Assembly (NCBI RefSeq): GCF_009914755.1 | Contig: NC_060944.1 | DNA: 64,000 nucleotides | From: the human T2T-CHM13v2.0 reference genome, Homo sapiens | Reading direction: 5' to 3' (one strand) | Part shown: positions 57,093 through 64,000 of the stretch, piece after piece | Layout of the letters: every line of letters starts with the position of its first letter | Numbering within the stretch: position 1 is the first letter of the stretch | Position numbers and translations under genes: made by a program | The notes under the pieces: generated by a model | What the model saw: only the letters and a program-made list of their open reading frames with translations | Database searches by the model: none | Told to the model about the DNA's origin: nothing

Positions 57093-57935
57093 CTAAAATT
57101 AAATCAATTCACAGTGATGACATTTTCTTCATTTTCTTTCCACTTTTTCATATGTCATTTTATTTCCATTTAATGTAATTATTTCCTGTTTTCTTCCAAA
57201 ATTGCCAAATATCCCAAATTATTACTTTGCATATATGAATACCTTCTCAGAACACTTCAATTACTCCCCTTTAACCAGTCACCTTAGCTTGTCATTTGTG
57301 AGGAACAAGGGTTCCTCACAAATACATCTAATATTATGCAACATAAATCTTTTGCACTATTCAAATTTGTCAATTGAATATCTCCCCAAAACATCACATG
57401 AATTGTCACCTTAGATTCTCAGTTAAACAATATTTGGCTCATAATGTCTTCCACATGCCTGGAAAGTATTTTATCTAAATGCTTTCCTTCAACTTCAAAG
57501 GCCATTTCAAGTCCCATATCCATAACAATGCTAACCTCCAAACCTGACTCTTTATGAGCATTCTCTTTCTTCAATGTCTACAACTCATGTTCCCTATGCC
57601 ATTATTTACTTCTTCTGATGTATCATGTGTGTAATTCTCACGATGTTTAAGATCTTGAAAACAGTGTTTTCTCTCATTTTACTTTTTAAACACCTGGCAG
57701 AAATTCATTAAATGTTTTGAGCAGCTGCTGCTAATTTTGTCATCTGAGATACTTTGTAATGGGTATCTCAATAGATATGACTAACAAGCTGATGACTCTT
57801 CAACAGTACAAATTTAAAGAACTAAAATCTACATTTTAAGAATTCTAGAAAGGAAAAAACGCAATAAAACTTATAACGCCAAACTGTTTCCAGAATTATG
57901 AAAATAGTAAATATTTATTAAGTTTAAAGACTTAC

Positions 57936-58084
57936 CCTATGTTTAGTTGCACCAAAAATTTTTTGAGTTACATTAGTGATTTCTAGTGATGCGTCAAAAT
58001 ACAAAAGCAATTCTTTCCCTTCTCTTTTGCTAATTTTTACTGTATTTTTCAGAATTATTGTCAGTAGCTTCTTTGATTCTCTCA
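57936..58084 (-). CDS. SYCP2: SYCP2 exon (RESKKLLTIILKN...KIFGATKHR)
   Basis: 149 nt, atacag / GTAAGT, phase 1-0. Confidence 0.95.
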
Positions 58085-60959
58085 CTGTATAGAAACAACA
58101 CTGATTAGTTTACGTTTCTATGATACTACTCTGCAAGTATACTATAAATAAGACATGGATGTAGCAGATTAATTGAATCAAAATTCAAATTCTCAATATT
58201 GAACAGTGTTTAAATTAATCAATTCTGGCACTACTTACCTATGTAAATCAATCAAGTCAATTTAGCTTTCCTAGTCTCAGTGTTCTTATCTATAAAATAC
58301 AGGATATGGCTATAACTAATAAGATAGAATCCTAAATACATTCTGGACTCTAACAAATTCTTAATAAAATATTCCTTGAACACATCTGAGAATACTATTT
58401 TCTTAATTTAAAAAAAGGCAAACAAAAACAATAACTTTAATTCCATATAATTACCATATTTCTAGACATACACATATAAACATTTCTATTAAATCCACAG
58501 TTGTTATAACATGCTGACAATAAACAACATTTGACAAAAATTAAGTGTCAGGAGATTGTGAGGTGAGAAGGATCTAGCACTTGGCCTCAATGAACTTACC
58601 AATCCAGTAAACAGAGAATACAGCAAGTACCAGCTTATAAGAAATAGTCACACTCTCCCTCCCTACAAAAGTTACCAAAAAATTACCTGGCCCCTAATAA
58701 ATGCACCTGTATTATAGACCAGAGGCCACCATGCTCGTGTCCTACTTGTGGCAGGAATTCTATTGCTGAATGAAAAGTCTCCAACCCTGCCCACAATGTA
58801 CTTTCGGGCAAGAGAAAAACACTCTGAAGGAGCAGGATCACACAAAGTAGGGAAATTTATCTCTACATCTGAAAAAGCTCTGCAGGCCACGCCATGATGT
58901 GGCCTAAGGGACAAATGTCCTATAGGCTATGAAATGTCCTGATTCTTATGAGGCCTGCCCAAGCAGAAAATGTTTTATTTGCTTTTGCAAATATATGCTC
59001 ATAAAACTTTCACAGTAATGACCTTTGAAGGTACTAAGAATTAACAATTGCTTGAAAGTGGTAACCATAGTTTCAAACTCAAAGAGCGCTAGTAGTTTTT
59101 TAAAAGTTAAACAGTGACAAGTTTTCAGGTTTCAGAGATGCAAATTTAGGTGGCTTTAAAAATGATGTTTCATGTTTTGATGAAAATTAAAACATTTGTA
59201 ATTCTTAGGTCTATTGCTGCTGATTGTTTTATTCCTCTGATATGCTTTTGACTTTTTTTCTATAGCTTACTGTAAATTATATTAAATGTAATATTTGCTT
59301 TAACTCCTTGCTTGCACATGGTATTAGAACTACTTCAAATTTATTATTTTGCTGAATGCTTTGTGCCTATTTGTACAAAAATTTGTCTACCTATGTTATG
59401 GCTACTTACATAGAAATTTATGAATATTTGTTATATTTTAATGATTGCTTTGTTGAAATTCCTGATATTTGCTCTGTCTGGACTATATAATGGCTTGGTT
59501 TCCTTTTTAATTAGTTAGTGTTACTGAGATACAAGAAAACTTTGTTTTGTTGCTTGCTATAAAATCCAAGTATTTATGGATATCAATATGTCAAGATTTT
59601 ATAACATAAGAATGAATAGGAAGAGAAGGAAAGAGTAAAAACTATTCTCTCAAAATTAGCTATGAATGGGGAGAAAAAGATAGCTTCAGGAAGACATAGG
59701 ATAAAAGTAGGCTTTTTGTTTTATGATGTAGACATTTGAGCCCATTGATATACTGAGAGAAAAGAGGTACTGAGAGAGAGGAGGAAGATACAAAAAATAT
59801 GAACTGATGGAGCAAAGACTTGGAGAATGTGTGTGGAGAACTTGGAGAAATTACCCTTCAACAAGAGTAGACAAATATCTTCTGTTTACAGGAGAGATAA
59901 AGGAGGATACAGATACAAAGATGTTTGGAGACGGAGGGTCAAAATGTGTAAGTATTCTTACCTGAAAAATTCATGTTCTTCTGAATTACCACATCATAGT
60001 GAAAGCAAAAAAGGCAAGGTTAAGGATAACTTAAAAATTTAAATAGCAGCTGTTAGACAACTGGAGAGGGATGGCAACTATGGACATGGAAGACTGCCAA
60101 GTAGCAGTGAGAGTCCAAAGTTGGAAGCTGGAGACTTCCACTTCTGGGGAAAATGTAGGATATTGTGGCAGGCTAATATCCTGTTTTAAAAAATCAGAAG
60201 GATTAAAATATCATATGTTTAAAGGTGTCAGAGAGCTGTACATGTAACAAGATCTCTGGCCTTTTTTTCTCTAAGGAAATTTGCTAATTCTGTTTGTAGG
60301 CTTAAGAAGAGAACCTCTGCTGGAGAAAAGAAGACAAGCAAGTATTTAGTGAGCAGTAATGCCTGGAGTAACAAATAGGACACTTAAAAGCTTTAAAGGC
60401 ATAACTAATTTTCCCTTCATTCTGGGGCAGCACAAGGAGCTGGACCAAACCTGATAAAAGGCAGTTAACTCTCTTATAGTCTCATGGGCTTGGAATCAAT
60501 GTACTGCCTGATACAGGTATCATCCTCAGGCATATACTCAGTGTTCCGTTCAAAATATCTGCCAGATTTTGGACTGAGTAGAGTGAACGGCTCGAGAGCT
60601 GAGCTGGAAACCTCTAAGAGGCAGAACTGTATCTTCCACAGTCTCTCAGGTTCAGAAGACACAAATCTAATAGGCTCATCATCAACAGACTGGGATGGCC
60701 ACACCTGAGTAATAGAGGCAAACAAGACAAAGAGTAAATTTAAAACTAGAACTAAACACAGACCAACATCCATGACTGGATCAGTCCTTCAGCCCCTCTG
60801 CCTAAGAAGAAAAAAGAAACTCTTCTGGTGGAAGGATTATCTGGAGCATCTATTGTTCCTGTATATGCATTATCTATCATAAAATTACTTGACATCCATA
60901 GAGGCAACAACATATGACTGATCGAGAGAGGAAACAACAGATCTTTTTAGAAGAAGACT

Positions 60960-61182
60960 ATATTAGTCTGTATTAGTCTGCTATAATGGAACACCTGAGG
61001 GTGGGAAACTTATAAAAAAAGATTTATTTGGCTCATAGTTCTGCAGGCTGTACAGGAAGCATGGTGCCAGTATTTGCCTCTGATGAGGGACTCAGGAAGC
61101 TTTTAATCATTGCAGAAGGCAAAAGGGGAGTAGGCATATCACATGGCAAGAGAGGGAGCAAGAGAGAGATGGGAAAGTGCCA
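60960..61182 (-). mobile_element. MST-type MaLR LTR fragment
   Basis: tattagtctg...tttatttggctcatagttctgcaggctgtacaggaagcatggtgccag. Confidence 0.8.
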
Positions 61183-61249
61183 TATAAATAACTAGCTTAC
61201 CTGAATTAACAAGAGAAATTGTCACCATGAAATAATTATAGAAGAAAAA

Positions 61250-63260
61250 ATAATCCCCTTCACCCTCAACACCAACATCATAAACTAAGCAAATATGTCT
61301 GCTCTTTTAATTTCTACTAACATTGTACTGAAAATTATATAGCCAGTGCAACAAGGCAAGATGGTAGGAGGGACTGACCATAAGAAGTGTTAGAAAGGAT
61401 GTAGAACAAATGGAAGTCTTATAAACTGATAGTGAAAATATAAAACGGTAAAATCACTTTGGACAACACTTTAGAAGTTTCTTCAAAAGCTAATCATATG
61501 CCTATGGGTCTGAACTAACCACTGAACTTCTTAGTATTTACCTGAGAAATAAAAACATATTTTCAGAAGTAATTAATTATAAATGAATATTTACAGCAGC
61601 ATTTCATAATAGCTAAAAACTGGGAACATTACAAATGCTCACTAACAGGTGACTACAGAAACCAGTTGAAGTATATCTATACAATGGACTAACACTCAGC
61701 AATAAAAAGAATAAACTACTGATACATGCAACATGCTTGAATCTTTTTTTAAAAAAGTGTTCTAAAAGAAAGAAGCTGGACAAAAATTGCTACGTACTGT
61801 ATGATTCCATTTATATAAACTCTAGAAAATGTAAATGTATCAAAGAAAACATCAGTAATTGCCTGGGGGTAGAGTACAAGGATGGATAGATTAAAAGAAG
61901 TACAAAGAAATTTTGGGGGTGATATGTTTATTAACTTAATTGCCATGATGGTTTCATGTGCATAGACAAATATGAAGAGTTATCAACGTCCTTAATCTGA
62001 TGAAGGTTATCTCTACAAAAGACTTTTGGCTAACATTATACTTAATGGTAAAATACTGAATGTTCTTTCCTAAGCAAAGATTGGGAAGTAGGCAAAGATG
62101 TCCACTTTTATCGCTTCTATTCAACATTGCACTGGAGGTTCTATACATTGCAATAAAGCAACAAAAGGAAAGGAGGGAGGGAGTGCATAAGGATCAGAAA
62201 GAAAGTAGTAAAACTACCTCTTTTGCAGATCCCATGACTGGTAAAATTAAAGATCAATTCTATTTATAAACATATAGACTGAATACTTGGGAACAAATTC
62301 ATCAAAAGACTTATACAATGAAAACTATGAAACGCTGTTGAGAGAAATCAAAGACCTAAACAAATGGAGAGATACACCATGTTTATAAACTAGTTATGAC
62401 TGTTAACATGTTATTTCTCCCCATATTGATCTAAAACCTGAGTCATAATTCCAGCAAGCAATTGATAAACCAATTCTAAAATTTATATAGAAGCTCAAAA
62501 GGCCTATAATTTCCAAAACAATATTTTAAAAAACCACAATGTTGGAAGACTTATACTGACTGACTTCAAGACTAACCACAAATCTACCATAATCAAAACA
62601 GTGTGGTACTGACATAAAGAAAAGTAGACCTATGATAAATAGAACAGATTGGAGGACCAAGAAATAGACACACTATTACAGAGTCATGATTTTCAACAAA
62701 GAAACCAAAGAAATCCAATGGAAAAGAAAAGCCTTTACAGCAAATAATCCTGTAATAACTGCATATCTATATGAAAAAATGAACCTCCAATCTCTGCATC
62801 ATACCTTAATCAAATATTAATTTGAGATTATAATACTCCTAAACATAAAAGCTAAAACTATAAAATTTTTGTGGAAAAATAATAGAACATCTTAGTGATT
62901 TAAGAGTCGACAAAAATTTTTTGGGTCACGGAAAGCAATAACCATAAAAATAGATCAAGTAGATTTCAAAATTTAAAACTGCTCACCAGATATCATTAAG
63001 AAAATGAATAAGCAAGATACAATTTTGGAGAAAACATAGAACATATATATGTCAAAGGAGTGGAATCTAGGATACCTAAGAACTAGATAGTCCAATAAAA
63101 AATGAACAAAATATTTAAAATATATACTTTACAAAGGAAAATATATGAATGGCCAGAAAGCACATGAAAAAGTGCTCAGCATCACTAGTCATTGGAAAAA
63201 TGCAAATAAAAAACATGAGATATTATTACATGTCTATTGAAATGATAAAATATGTCTTAA
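61250..63260 (+). mobile_element. Fragmented old L1M relics
   Basis: Peptide RQRCPLLSLLFNIALEVL; aatcaaaacagtgtggtactg; aaaaagtgctcagcatcactagtcatt. Confidence 0.75.
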
Positions 63261-63637
63261 TATCTAAATTTGTAATAGTACTAGTCTGATTTTGTCCACT
63301 AGCATTATGCAGTTCCAGTTATAGGATTGGAGAAACCAGATATTCAGATTTAATCAAGCAAATGGGATGGAAGGTCAGGAGCCTTAAACATAGAGACCAG
63401 AATGACAAACTGGATCACTGGTTTTAGACTAGACAGGGAAGGAGGTAAGTACAGGGGTAGAGCTGGGAGATTAGTAGGGAAACATGGGATCAAGGTGTTT
63501 GATGAATTTCTGAATGTGAACCTCTGAAAATATTGATTTTGCTTTCATTAGTCTGTTTTGTTAACCCAGAAAGGATGTAACATTTGTTCCATATGGTAAG
63601 AATTAAGAAAATTATTAGAAAAAAACAAGTTTAATAC

Positions 63638-63698
63638 CTTCAATGCTGTATATTTGTACTTTTTCCTCTGGCACAGTAACTGCTTCCCATTGATGATC
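63638..63698 (-). CDS. SYCP2: SYCP2 exon (DHQWEAVTVPEEKVQIYSIE); most 5' exon in the window
   Basis: 61 nt, tttaag / GTATTA, phase 0-1; joins the 58084 exon in frame. Confidence 0.92.
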
Positions 63699-64000
63699 CT
63701 TAAATTTAAAAGCAGGTTTTGGCCATAAATAATTTATTTCTGATTTACAGTTTCTTTAAACATCAAATTTCAAGTTACAGGAACTATGAATTCTTTTTGC
63801 TAGTCACTAAGTAACTAGTTTATATAACACCTTTCTTGCTCCACCAATTAACTACATATTACACATGTTATATTTAATGTATTTGTTCATTATTAAAACG
63901 AAATGATGATTTTGACAATTTTCTATTCTTAACCAAAAAAAAGAATGACTGTTAATATTATATTTATTAGAGGATACCCTTTTTAAAAATGTTACCAAGT

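Noticed and set aside
60474-60773. 99-aa minus-strand ORF with a signal-peptide-like N-terminus
   Set aside because: Intronic, in what looks like a degenerate repeat region; no recognisable homology, promoter or splice support.

Overview
Human genomic DNA, AT-rich and repeat-dense, containing two convergent genes. On the + strand are the last two coding exons and 3' UTR of PHACTR3 (C-terminus ...[15 protein letters not shown]). On the - strand are the last 31 coding exons of SYCP2. I traced these by hand from 63698 to the stop at 20595; they give one open frame of 1206 aa with GT-AG junctions in matching phase throughout. The ~16 kb between the genes holds a U7 snRNA pseudogene, a young AluYb8 and a four-layer nested retroelement stack (L2 > L1M > full-length MST/MaLR provirus > twin-primed L1PA). 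Most ORFs in the supplied track are Alu/L1/LTR artefacts or exon read-throughs. I cannot claim a proven new biological system. The most unusual signal is two ~92-93% identical short 'echo' copies of SYCP2 exon boundaries, each lying ~1.62 kb upstream of its source. Other leads are a triplicated splice acceptor, an in-frame candidate cassette exon, an orphan exon downstream of PHACTR3, and a pair of sister L1s bracketing an in-frame six-exon block. Exon coordinates are base-exact from manual reading. Repeat boundaries and subfamily names are approximate and come from recalled consensus sequences.
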